From the IMG/VR virus record IMGVR_UViG_2061766007_000925, positions 6,821 to 70,820 of that record: a stretch of DNA of 64,000 nt. One strand, given 5' to 3'. Of this stretch, positions 9,868-18,535 are shown in pieces (within the stretch, counting starts at the first letter, position 1; each line of letters opens with the position of its first letter). Both the position numbers and the translations under genes were made by a program. Under the pieces are notes generated by a model. It was not told the DNA's origin, did no database searches, and saw only the letters and a program-made list of their open reading frames with translations. This DNA comes from a virus (taxonomy: Duplodnaviria; Caudoviricetes).

Positions 9868-9902
9868 AAAAAAAAATAAGACCCACCCCAAAAGGGTGAG
9901 CC
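9868..9902 (-). terminator. intrinsic terminator
   Basis: GCTCACCC-TTTTG-GGGTGGGT hairpin followed by CTTATTTTTTTTT. Confidence 0.75.
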
Positions 9903-9910
9903 TAAAAGCC

Positions 9911-10474
9911 TTATTTGCCGTAGCATTCATGGATTTTGCACTCATACTTGTCATGCAAGTGGTGCTGTTCCTCTATCATAGCAGTTAAATCATAATCCAT
10001 GTGCTCTTTGTTCAGATGGTATTTCTTTGCCTTCTTCAGTTCCTTGGCGACATCGCACACCAGCTCTTCTACGAACAGGGCGCTTTCAACATCACCGAGT
10101 TCTCTAAGCATCTTGGCTGACTCCTCATAGAGGCGTTTGGTCTCAGTCTCGTGTTCAATCCACGTAGTAAGCCCGTCCTTGACGGCTTCCTTTAAGGTCT
10201 GAGGGTCAACGTCCTGTCTAACGTGAGTGTACCACGCATCGGGAACTACACTCTCTTTTGGCTGCTCATCGTCCTGAATGAGTTGGTCATAGATGTGTAA
10301 GAACTTCGACCTCAGCTTCCGGTACTCTCTCGACTCTGATATCATCCTGTACTCGTGGCACTTGGCATATCCGTCGAGGGAAAGGAACTTATAATAGTCA
10401 ACCATGTCTGAGTGGAGCATTATGCCTGAGAGCATCCTATGGGAGAGTGACTTATAGATTTCCTTTACTGTCAT
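9911..10474 (-). CDS. ferritin-like four-helix-bundle protein (putative)
   Basis: Helical, with paired H/E clusters (HSDM, CHEY, EHETETK, ELKKAKKYH). Confidence 0.5.
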   Translation of the reverse strand: MTVKEIYKSLSHRMLSGIMLHSDMVDYYKFLSLDGYAKCHEYRMISESREYRKLRSKFLHIYDQLIQDDEQPKESVVPDAWYTHVRQDVDPQTLKEAVKDGLTTWIEHETETKRLYEESAKMLRELGDVESALFVEELVCDVAKELKKAKKYHLNKEHMDYDLTAMIEEQHHLHDKYECKIHECYGK

Positions 10475-10713
10475 TTGAAAACTTCCTCCAATATCTTATT
10501 CATATTGTCAATTTTCGCATCTTGGCTCTTCAGGTGTCGGTGGATTTCATCAACGACCTCTTTCAGCTTAGCGTCAAGCACTTGTGTCTGATTATCGAGG
10601 TTCTCCTGACTAATGTTCAGGTCAAGGTTCTGTAATCCGATACAGAACCCCATGAGCCCGATTATGTCAAGGAACGTCCACTCACCCCCGACACCTGAAC
10701 CTAAGCCACTCAT
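10471..10713 (-). CDS. hypothetical coiled-coil protein with hydrophobic N-terminus
   Basis: ORF track; ATGA coupling. Confidence 0.7.
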   Translation of the reverse strand: MSGLGSGVGGEWTFLDIIGLMGFCIGLQNLDLNISQENLDNQTQVLDAKLKEVVDEIHRHLKSQDAKIDNMNKILEEVFK

Positions 10714-11363
10714 TTACTGTACACCGCTGCTGCCGTCGGCACTGTTACGGGAGGGAAGTAGCCAGCGTCAAAGCTCCATGAAGTAGGGAACTTCATAATG
10801 CCACAGGTTGCCTGGGCGAGCTGAAGCTGAGATACCTGAGCCTGTAACGACTCAATCTTGTTCTGTGCAATCATATCCTTTACAGATTGTATCTGTGCCG
10901 TGATATTTGCGTTGGTGGCGGCGTCTCTCATTGCGCCGTCATAATTGGTCTGCTGAATGAGCTGTTTGGTAGAGCAGCAACACTCGTTCTGATTTGCGAG
11001 AGCGTTTGCCTGTCCAACAGCGAGGGCTGCGATGTCCCTTGCCGTCTCGTTGTAGAGACCTTGCATAGCCATGAGGTTATCATGGAATACCTGATTGGTC
11101 GCCGCTACCGATTGAGCTGTGCCAGCGTTTACAGCCGAGAGAATGTCTCTGGTCTGTGCCTGAAGGTTCTGATTATCAAAACCTCTGTTTACATCAGCCT
11201 GAAGAGCGTTGGTGTTTCCGTTACCACCCCAACCACCCCCGAAACCTCCGTTTGCGAGAATGAGAAGGGCGAAAATCCAAAGAAACGCATTGCCGTCGCC
11301 AAAGCCGTTGTTGGTGAGCATTGCAACATCACTTGCGGAAAGTCCGCTTCCGTCCATTGCCAT
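10710..11363 (-). CDS. Gly-rich membrane/coiled-coil phage protein of unknown function
   Basis: FLWIFALLILANGGFGGGWGG; NECCC; AQNKIESLQAQVSQLQL, a pattern recurrent in gut phages. Confidence 0.75.
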   Translation of the reverse strand: MAMDGSGLSASDVAMLTNNGFGDGNAFLWIFALLILANGGFGGGWGGNGNTNALQADVNRGFDNQNLQAQTRDILSAVNAGTAQSVAATNQVFHDNLMAMQGLYNETARDIAALAVGQANALANQNECCCSTKQLIQQTNYDGAMRDAATNANITAQIQSVKDMIAQNKIESLQAQVSQLQLAQATCGIMKFPTSWSFDAGYFPPVTVPTAAAVYSK

Positions 11364-11453
11364 AATGTTTTTCCTCCTATGAGTTATTTTAGGTTAGCGA
11401 CCCGTTGAGTGGGTCGGACTATATAAATCCACGTTGCGCACCATGGAGTTATA

Positions 11454-11663
11454 TCAACGTAATTGGGAAAGGATTGTCTCGGGGTCTACACCCTTTTGCC
11501 TTGCGAGATTATAAAACAGGTCTTTGGGATTAGCCCCGTGCTGTATCATATCCATAAGTGGTCTGAGCTTAGGATTGCTTTGAAGTAGCTTGTTTATCAT
11601 AACCTGAGGATTGATGGGTGGGGTTGCCTGAGGGCTGTTTAGCTGTTGGTACAGTGTGTTCAT
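11454..11663 (-). CDS. hypothetical Q/P-rich protein
   Basis: GGAG RBS; NPKDLFYNLARQKGVDP. Confidence 0.7.
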   Translation of the reverse strand: MNTLYQQLNSPQATPPINPQVMINKLLQSNPKLRPLMDMIQHGANPKDLFYNLARQKGVDPETILSQLR

Positions 11664-11982
11664 TTGACTTACTCCTTTCGTTTAATATCGCTTCGAGTTC
11701 TGACCTTGTTATGTACTCCGACATATCGGGAAGAGGTTTTACAGGTTCGTCTACTTCTTCCTGATACTTAAACTTCCTGAGCGTACAGCGTCCTATATCA
11801 TCGCATATCTTGATATAGAACACGTCATTAACTTCGCTGTCCATCAGGATTACATTTTCACGGGGAGTGAGCGTAAACGCTTTTGCGCCCTCTATCCCCT
11901 GTACCCAATTTATGCTGTTTCCTGTTGGTCTTGCGAGGAACGGGTTGGAGTACGGATAAGGATTTGTCAACGGGTTCATCAT
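11569..11982 (-). CDS. hypothetical protein
   Basis: GGAGG RBS; INWVQGIEGAKAF...ILMDSE..VFYIK. Confidence 0.75.
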   Translation of the reverse strand: MMNPLTNPYPYSNPFLARPTGNSINWVQGIEGAKAFTLTPRENVILMDSEVNDVFYIKICDDIGRCTLRKFKYQEEVDEPVKPLPDMSEYITRSELEAILNERSKSNEHTVPTAKQPSGNPTHQSSGYDKQATSKQS

Positions 11983-12109
11983 AGTTACCTCCTAAAAGAT
12001 AGAAGGCATGAGCTGACGAACAGTGCTTGTCTTCCATGAGCATAGCAAGAGCACCTGATATATCCGTCATATTCATACCTCCTTCGTGTTTGATGAACTT
12101 ATGATATAA

Positions 12110-12144
12110 CAAAAAGGAAACCCCAACTTGTGAGATTTCCTTTA
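12110..12144 (-). terminator. intrinsic terminator after lysis module
   Basis: AAGGAAATCTC-ACAAGTT-GGGGTTTCCTT-TTTG. Confidence 0.7.
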
Positions 12145-12171
12145 AGAAAGGACTATGAAATTGTAATAAAA

Positions 12172-12933
12172 TCACACTAAAGGTATAAACTTCACTCGTG
12201 CCCCCTCTGAGGAACAAGCGTATGCACACTCCATATTCCTCTTAACGAACACTTCCTTGGAGTGAATGTCTATGTGGGGTCTCTTCTCAAATTCAAAGAA
12301 GAGCTGACCACTTGCCCCGAACAATTTCACCTTCGCAAAATCCTCGGCGCTGTCAAACTCCAACATCAGGTAGCCGTCGGAAGGGAAGATAAATTTGTTC
12401 TGTTCCGTGTAGTCGCCGTCGATGGTAAGAACGCTTCCAAAGTCATTGTTCTCGGTATCGGGTTTGTTATCCCAATACTCCATGTCCTTGTCCGTAATTG
12501 ACATTGTGGCGAATGGCAACTTGGATATCGCTGTAATACCATCTCCGTACTTCACTCTCGGAATGTTCACTCCGTTTTCAGTACGATAGTCGGCGTAGAT
12601 ATATTCAGTGCCTTTTGTGGAAATAGCGTCAGGTGTTCTCGCCCATTCTTCCATGGTACGATAGACACGACTCGGACAATGAACGCATCCCTCATCAGCC
12701 GTCTTCTGAAGGAGCACCTGTCTCGCCTCTTCGTCAAGGACAGTGGTTATCTTTGCCCTTATCCGTCTCATTGTAACAGCTACGGAAGACTCCGACATAC
12801 ACAACCTTACCGATAACTGAACATCCGTACAGCCTTTGGCTTTCAGCTCAAAGCAGCGTCCCTCAATATCGGTGAAGTTGCACCTCTTTCGGAACATCTC
12901 TAATTCAGGCTCAGTAAAGTTGGATATTTTCAT
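12172..12933 (-). CDS. LuxR/sigma-region-4-like HTH fused to a fibre-type (Mtd-N/hyaluronidase-like) domain
   Basis: N-term KGCTDVQLSVRLCMSESSVAVTMRRI; central IYADY...RVKYGDGITAISKLPF. Confidence 0.55.
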   Translation of the reverse strand: MKISNFTEPELEMFRKRCNFTDIEGRCFELKAKGCTDVQLSVRLCMSESSVAVTMRRIRAKITTVLDEEARQVLLQKTADEGCVHCPSRVYRTMEEWARTPDAISTKGTEYIYADYRTENGVNIPRVKYGDGITAISKLPFATMSITDKDMEYWDNKPDTENNDFGSVLTIDGDYTEQNKFIFPSDGYLMLEFDSAEDFAKVKLFGASGQLFFEFEKRPHIDIHSKEVFVKRNMECAYACSSEGARVKFIPLV

Positions 12934-13713
12934 TTAGCCCTCCCATGCAAAGCCTAAAGCTAATGCTGTGTTCTTGCCTACCTTGCCGTCCACTGTAAGT
13001 CCGTTGTCTGTTTGGAAATTCCTGACGGCGATGTCGGTGTTCTTTCCGAAAACTCCATCAGCCGTTCCACAGTTGTACTTGCGCTTATTGAGCTCTTCCT
13101 GAGTAGCTTTTACGTCGTCGCCCTTCATCATGCTCTCAGGCACGTATTTCAGGACACGGGTAAGAACAGTGACATCCTTATCCTCAAACCAATCGAGGCG
13201 TCCTCCGATGACCCAGCCACCTTCAGATACCTTGCGCTTGATAACGCCTGCGTCTCTGCCTTTGCTCTCGACCACGAACCCGTCTCCCGTGTAGGTGCCA
13301 ACATGACCGGCTTCCTTCTTCTTGTCAAACACAAGGTCACCCATCTTCAGGTCAGACAGTGCAACAGGAGTTGACTTTGCCTGAAAGTCTCTTGCCCTGT
13401 AATCAGCCGTCTTGCTGATAATGCCGAGGTCTCTCATGACGCCGACGATAATGCCGGAGCAGTCTCCTGCACGGCTCTTCGACATATCCCAACCATTATC
13501 ATAGCACTTGCCGATATAGTTGAAATCACGCCGTGTATCACTGTCCCACAAAGGCTTTCCGTCCTTGCTCCTACGAGCATAGGTCTGTTCCATCTTGTGA
13601 ATTTGTCCGACAGTAAGGCTTTCGGTGAGCTCCCCGTTCGCTGTCCCAATATAGACGCCATGATTTTTCTCTACTTCGAGCATAGCGTCACAGAACTGTT
13701 TGCGTGTAGCCAT
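12934..13713 (-). CDS. endolysin: NlpC/P60 peptidase plus PG_binding_1
   Basis: GDCSG...GHVGTY...VVES catalytic motifs; C-term DGVFGKNTDIAVRNFQTDNGLTVDGKVG. Confidence 0.9.
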   Translation of the reverse strand: MATRKQFCDAMLEVEKNHGVYIGTANGELTESLTVGQIHKMEQTYARRSKDGKPLWDSDTRRDFNYIGKCYDNGWDMSKSRAGDCSGIIVGVMRDLGIISKTADYRARDFQAKSTPVALSDLKMGDLVFDKKKEAGHVGTYTGDGFVVESKGRDAGVIKRKVSEGGWVIGGRLDWFEDKDVTVLTRVLKYVPESMMKGDDVKATQEELNKRKYNCGTADGVFGKNTDIAVRNFQTDNGLTVDGKVGKNTALALGFAWEG

Positions 13714-13724
13714 CTCCTACCTCC

Positions 13725-13934
13725 TTACTTTTCGTCATCCACTTCGGGAAGTCCTGTAAGTGCGAGGAGCATCGCACAGATAAAACCGAACGCACCTGAC
13801 GAAATAACGCCGAGCCACTGTACGTCTCCGAGCACAACAGCACCCGTTCCGATGTAAGCAAGCGCTGCCTCACCGAAAGTTCTCGCAGCCCTGATGAGCG
13901 CTGCCTTAAACCACTTCTTGTACTTGTCTTTCAT
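13725..13934 (-). CDS. holin, r1t-like
   Basis: WFKAALIRAARTFGEAAL...LLALTGLPEV. Confidence 0.85.
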   Translation of the reverse strand: MKDKYKKWFKAALIRAARTFGEAALAYIGTGAVVLGDVQWLGVISSGAFGFICAMLLALTGLPEVDDEK

Positions 13935-13948
13935 GCTTTTACCTCCTG

Positions 13949-14245
13949 TTAAGATAAATCTTTTTCAAGGTCGTCCACTATACTTTTAACGCCGTCAGCC
14001 CATCCATCCCCTTCAAGGGACTTATAGGCATTATACATAGCGCAAAAGCTATCATAGTCATTCTTTGACACACGACCCTGAGCGATGAGGTCTTTCCCAT
14101 CTCGTTTCAGCGCTGAAAGAAGTAAGAGACGCATTCCTTCCTCGAATTTGTCTAATTTCTTCTTTCTGTCGCTCCTCATTTGAAAGAGACAGCTAATCAA
14201 TGTTGAAATCACGCCACTTCCTAATATCGCAACAACTATTTCCAC
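13949..14245 (-). CDS. holin-like single-TM protein (GTG start at 14245)
   Basis: GGAGG RBS; EIVVAILGSGVISTLI; YNAYKSLEGDG. Confidence 0.6.
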   Translation of the reverse strand: MEIVVAILGSGVISTLISCLFQMRSDRKKKLDKFEEGMRLLLLSALKRDGKDLIAQGRVSKNDYDSFCAMYNAYKSLEGDGWADGVKSIVDDLEKDLS

Positions 14246-14428
14246 AACGCTCACCTCCTGTCTGAACCTCCTGTCTTTTCTATACCCATAGTATAGCACA
14301 AGAGTTTAGAAAAAACTATCTGTTTTTTGTTAAATGTTCTTACAGTAAGAATATCGACGTTTTTAGTTAGTTGTTAAACAGACCAATAACGCTACGAACA
14401 CAAATTAATACAACCACATCCGATATCG

Positions 14429-14836
14429 TCAGGGCTTTGTGTACTGAATTGTTATATAGTAATCTGTTGAATTTTGGTAGAAACTACTGTCTTTGGGGTG
14501 TATTCTGATATCGTTTGTTATCGTATTATATCCAAGCTCTATAGTTAAGCCATTATCCCATGATGCAAAGGGGATGTGAAACGCATACTCATTCCACATA
14601 CAAATACCCCAAATATTAGCGACTTTATCCACTACTATATCTACCAAAAAAATGTTTTCACCCGTTTGTGGTAAACTTGCAAAGTAAAACGTCTTTTGAT
14701 AAAGAACTTTCCCGTCAACATACGTTCCAATAACTTGTTCATTCAGGCTATAAGACATTCCACTCCCACCACCACCGCCACCACCTTCCGATGTGCGATA
14801 TTTCCCTCCTTCATACTGAACATTTTTCCAAGTCAT
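14429..14836 (-). CDS. small tail-fibre-associated protein
   Basis: YSLNEQVIGTYVDGKVLYQKT...TDYYITIQYTK, a motif usually found at fibre C-termini. Confidence 0.6.
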   Translation of the reverse strand: MTWKNVQYEGGKYRTSEGGGGGGGSGMSYSLNEQVIGTYVDGKVLYQKTFYFASLPQTGENIFLVDIVVDKVANIWGICMWNEYAFHIPFASWDNGLTIELGYNTITNDIRIHPKDSSFYQNSTDYYITIQYTKP

Positions 14837-14851
14837 GTCTCATCCTCCAAG

Positions 14852-17800
14852 TCACGTTAATACATATTGCTTTTCATCTTTTGAGTAGAAAATCGTAGCT
14901 CCAAATTTCCAAATGTATTGTCCTGAAAACTCAGTAAGCCCTTCCCAAGTCTTTTCAGCCCACGTACTCGTTGATTTGTCAAGAACATATTGTGAGCTAC
15001 CAACAGAATAATAAACATTTCCATTAACTTCCCACACAGCAACTCCATTGAAATTTGTAAGCCCATTCCAAGTTTTTGCTGACCATGTGCTCGTAGACCT
15101 GTCAAGCACGTATTGTGATGAACCATTAGAATAATAAATATTCTCCTCGTCTGTCCAAACACTTTCACCTGTGAAATTGGTGAGTCCATTCCAAGTTTTT
15201 GCTGACCACGTACTTGTTGACTTATCAAGAACATACTGAGTGTTTCCTGAAGAGTAGTAGACAGTGCCATTATCCATCCAAATAAACGGAGCACTAAAAC
15301 TAGTCAGACCCACCCAAGTTTTTGTAGTCCATGTATTGCTATCCACATTAAACTGATACTGATTGGAAAGATAAGAAACATAAACATTTTCCCCATCCGT
15401 CCAAACGTATTGTCCCATAAAATTACCAAATGGAACGTTAAATGTCGCTGTTGAAATTTGATATGTCGCAGGGGTCAAAGCAAGATGTGCTGTTCCATCA
15501 CTATAGGCGAGTGACCCAGCCTTCCAAACAGATGAACCATCTATTCTTCCTTCAAATTCCCAATCTGTACGTGTCCACGTATCAGTGGCAGGGTTAAGCA
15601 CGTAACTATCAGAAAAAGGAGAACTAGACTGTGAGTAATAGTTGTTATAGATATTCGTACCATCACTCCAAATACCTGTACTTCCGGGGTTAAATCCATA
15701 CCAAACCTTCTGAACCCACGTGCTAGTAGAGCGATTAAGTACGTATTGTTCTGTGTTGTCCCTACGTGGTGAACAATATACTGTATCTCCGACTTTCCAA
15801 ATATAAGTTTTTGAAAACCGAGTTAATCCACTCCATGTTTTGAGTTCCCACGCCATCGAAGAAGAAGACTTATTTAAAACACCCTGCCAAGAACCGTCAG
15901 AATAATAAGTATTAATTCCATCCGTCCAAACATAGCGTCCTGAGAAATTTAACAGACTATAAGGACGTGCGATGATAATAGTTTCCCATCGCCCGGTGGA
16001 CTTATTTAACTTAATGGTGTCGGTTGGACCATTATTATAGAACATATCCTCTCCGTCAGTCCAAACGTCATTTCCATAATCAGGATAATAATTTCCTGCC
16101 CAAGTCTTTTGTGTCCATGTAGATGTTGCGGAATTAAGAGTGTACTGTTTAGTGGGACTTCCTCCTGAGTAATAAACAGTTGTTCCATCTGTCCATATAT
16201 AACTAACGTTAAATGAGGCGGGTAGTCCGTTCCATACTTTATTTTTCCAAATATGATTTACAGGGTCATATACATAATTCCACTTACCTGAACCCGAAGA
16301 CAAATATAAATTAACATTATCTGTCCAAACAGAGCTTCCGTAAAAATCTTGTACGCCCGACCAATTAGCAGGCTCCCAAACACCACGTAACCCGCCACTA
16401 ACTTGAACAGGAACTGTTTTAGTATACCTATAATGTTTAATGGGATTAAGTGTGTCATCTAAGGCTATGTGATACGGAAAAATACCATAATAATACAACT
16501 TTCCTGGAGAAGTGGTATTATCAGCTAACGCTGTATTCTTATAAGCATCACGGACAGTACTGTCCGCTATCAAGTCGCCATCCCATCTATGTTTAGGAGG
16601 GACATTTTCTTTTCTAACAACTACTGTACCTTCCCATTCACACGGAACAGGCTCTAATGTATCAATATTCTCAGGGTCTTCCCACTTCAAGTGAACAATG
16701 TTAGTATTCGAGTCAAACTCAGCTTCGAGTACATTCGGTTCATCGAGTAATCTAAACCCGATGTTACGAATAATCTCAACAAAATCCTCAGCGCTGGCGT
16801 ATTCGGCTAATTGTGTCACACCTCCGACAGAATTAATTTGATTATCTCCAACATGCCAATTATCATTGTGAACTTGATAATCAGGCTGGCGCCTATCTCC
16901 GTTTGCTGTGTAGGTGTCCTCAAAGCCTTGCAACCCTGTAAAACGACGCTCAAGGATATATGTCTTGAATGTCTTTACTGTAACATTGTCATCATCATCG
17001 TACTCGTTCCATTGAAGGGTAATATGGTCGCCTGCTTCAAGGCACAGGTTTCCGATACAGTTAATCTCACAACTACGATATCTTCTGTCCGTTATCGCCG
17101 CCCTGAGATTAGTCACAGCATCCTCAAAATCTTCTTGCCAATTAGCCCGATTTGAGTTGTTATAGAACACAAAGCTGTCAACAATAGTATAATTACTCGG
17201 ACGCCTATATGAAGATGTTCCGATTTTGGCAAGTTTGTTGTTGTTCCTGTCATAAACAATAACATATCCAATACCACGTGTGTTCCAATCCTGATACTGA
17301 ACAGGAGGAATTATCAACTCATCATCGATAATAGCGTCAGAAGGTGTTCCATATACGTCAAGACTCACATACACAAAAACACCCTGTCTGTCTATATGAC
17401 CAAACACCCCATTCAGCTCTAACAGATGTTGCATAAAGAAACTGAACGTTATTGTATCGCTTTCAATGCTCTTCTCAATGGCAAAGTCGTCGTTGACAAG
17501 CGTTGTGGTCTCCTGAGTGATAGTAAATTCAGAAGCATCCAGCGCAAGCCACTCAAACAAACTATCCCGTAAATCCTTTACAGTTAAGATAGTTTCTGTT
17601 GCATACACCTCGGAGTACCACTCGGTTATATCGTAGTCCTGAAGATAATAGAGTACATCATACGCCACAACTTCACGGGTGCTCCTGTCAACAGACAGAG
17701 CATCTTCATCCACAATATACACACCGACCTGAAACAACGTGTCACTATCCTCATTGAAGTACAGGTATATCGCTATCTCTACATCTTCCAAACTTGACAA

Positions 17801-18055
17801 ACCTTGTTTGGTATACATCGTGAACTGCACACGAGAAGACTCGCACTGTCCGAAAGACAGATTATCAAGAGAGCATACACTCTCCTCTATTGTCATCTCC
17901 TCAAGGGCGAGGTCTTCTTCGGTCAGCACAAAGTCAGCATTAGTTATCGTGGGCTCATCCCCCGAAACACCTGTCACAGTGGCGGAGGAATTGACGATGA
18001 CCCAATGCACACTTTCATGCTCATAAAACAACTCAGGGTAACTATAGTTTACCAT
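14852..18055 (-). CDS. tail tip/central fibre protein: hub-like N-terminus, FN3-like domain and tandem ~41-aa beta-propeller repeats
   Basis: Follows the Dit-like gene; VHLKWEDP...YYYGIFPY; repeated TWxGLTxFxGxxVWTDGxNIYYSxGxxQYVL. Confidence 0.8.
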   Translation of the reverse strand: MVNYSYPELFYEHESVHWVIVNSSATVTGVSGDEPTITNADFVLTEEDLALEEMTIEESVCSLDNLSFGQCESSRVQFTMYTKQGLSSLEDVEIAIYLYFNEDSDTLFQVGVYIVDEDALSVDRSTREVVAYDVLYYLQDYDITEWYSEVYATETILTVKDLRDSLFEWLALDASEFTITQETTTLVNDDFAIEKSIESDTITFSFFMQHLLELNGVFGHIDRQGVFVYVSLDVYGTPSDAIIDDELIIPPVQYQDWNTRGIGYVIVYDRNNNKLAKIGTSSYRRPSNYTIVDSFVFYNNSNRANWQEDFEDAVTNLRAAITDRRYRSCEINCIGNLCLEAGDHITLQWNEYDDDDNVTVKTFKTYILERRFTGLQGFEDTYTANGDRRQPDYQVHNDNWHVGDNQINSVGGVTQLAEYASAEDFVEIIRNIGFRLLDEPNVLEAEFDSNTNIVHLKWEDPENIDTLEPVPCEWEGTVVVRKENVPPKHRWDGDLIADSTVRDAYKNTALADNTTSPGKLYYYGIFPYHIALDDTLNPIKHYRYTKTVPVQVSGGLRGVWEPANWSGVQDFYGSSVWTDNVNLYLSSGSGKWNYVYDPVNHIWKNKVWNGLPASFNVSYIWTDGTTVYYSGGSPTKQYTLNSATSTWTQKTWAGNYYPDYGNDVWTDGEDMFYNNGPTDTIKLNKSTGRWETIIIARPYSLLNFSGRYVWTDGINTYYSDGSWQGVLNKSSSSMAWELKTWSGLTRFSKTYIWKVGDTVYCSPRRDNTEQYVLNRSTSTWVQKVWYGFNPGSTGIWSDGTNIYNNYYSQSSSPFSDSYVLNPATDTWTRTDWEFEGRIDGSSVWKAGSLAYSDGTAHLALTPATYQISTATFNVPFGNFMGQYVWTDGENVYVSYLSNQYQFNVDSNTWTTKTWVGLTSFSAPFIWMDNGTVYYSSGNTQYVLDKSTSTWSAKTWNGLTNFTGESVWTDEENIYYSNGSSQYVLDRSTSTWSAKTWNGLTNFNGVAVWEVNGNVYYSVGSSQYVLDKSTSTWAEKTWEGLTEFSGQYIWKFGATIFYSKDEKQYVLT
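14930..15330 (-). repeat. 123-bp period tandem coding repeats in the fibre C-terminus
   Basis: ccaagt(c/t)ttt...cca(c/t)gt(a/g)ct...tcaag(a/c)ac recurs near 14943, 15066 and 15189. Confidence 0.85.
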
Positions 18056-18064
18056 GTGCTCTCC

Positions 18065-18535
18065 TTAATATCCGATAAACTCTAAGTCATACGGCTCATA
18101 GTATATGGTGGTATTGTTCTCTATCTTACTAATCGTAGGCTGTGGGTCAGGAATATAAAAGAAGTCTTCCACATAGCCATTTTTCTCAGGAACGAATATG
18201 GATAACTTCAGTTTACGCTCCTTTCTAATTATATAGCGGTCTTCTAAGTTTGTAAATATTTCAGCAAACTGAGTATTGTTCAGCGCTCGGATTTGAATGG
18301 AGCAATGTGCCTTTTTCTTCGGAATTGTCTTACGAATTAAGTCACCCACACCATTTCTTGACGCATCAGCGTCCAAGACAGAGTACACAGCCACATAGGA
18401 CTTCTCAACTATGTACTCCATCGGAAAGATATAGTCATCTGTCTCATCAGACACGCTTCGTGACTTCGCCAGGTTGCTCTCATCGGGCAAACCTTTTACC
18501 TTTATCAGATATCCTCTATATCCTGCTACTGCCAT
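18065..18535 (-). CDS. distal tail (Dit)-like protein
   Basis: Directly after the tape measure; LDADASRNGVGDLIR...YEPYDLEFIGY. Confidence 0.65.
   Translation of the reverse strand: MAVAGYRGYLIKVKGLPDESNLAKSRSVSDETDDYIFPMEYIVEKSYVAVYSVLDADASRNGVGDLIRKTIPKKKAHCSIQIRALNNTQFAEIFTNLEDRYIIRKERKLKLSIFVPEKNGYVEDFFYIPDPQPTISKIENNTTIYYEPYDLEFIGY

Noticed and set aside
9851-9872. CodY box interpretation of the upstream palindrome
   Set aside because: The CodY consensus AATTTTCWGAAAATT has the half-sites in the opposite arrangement to TTTGAAAANTTTTCAAA.
14295-14428. GAGTTTAGA.. and short palindromes resembling a CRISPR repeat start
   Set aside because: Single occurrence with no repeat-spacer periodicity; better explained as the lysis promoter region (TGcTATACT).
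14852-16450. Possible DGR variable/template repeats in the tail fibre
   Set aside because: Repeats are tandem and in-frame, differences are not confined to adenines, and no reverse transcriptase is in the window.
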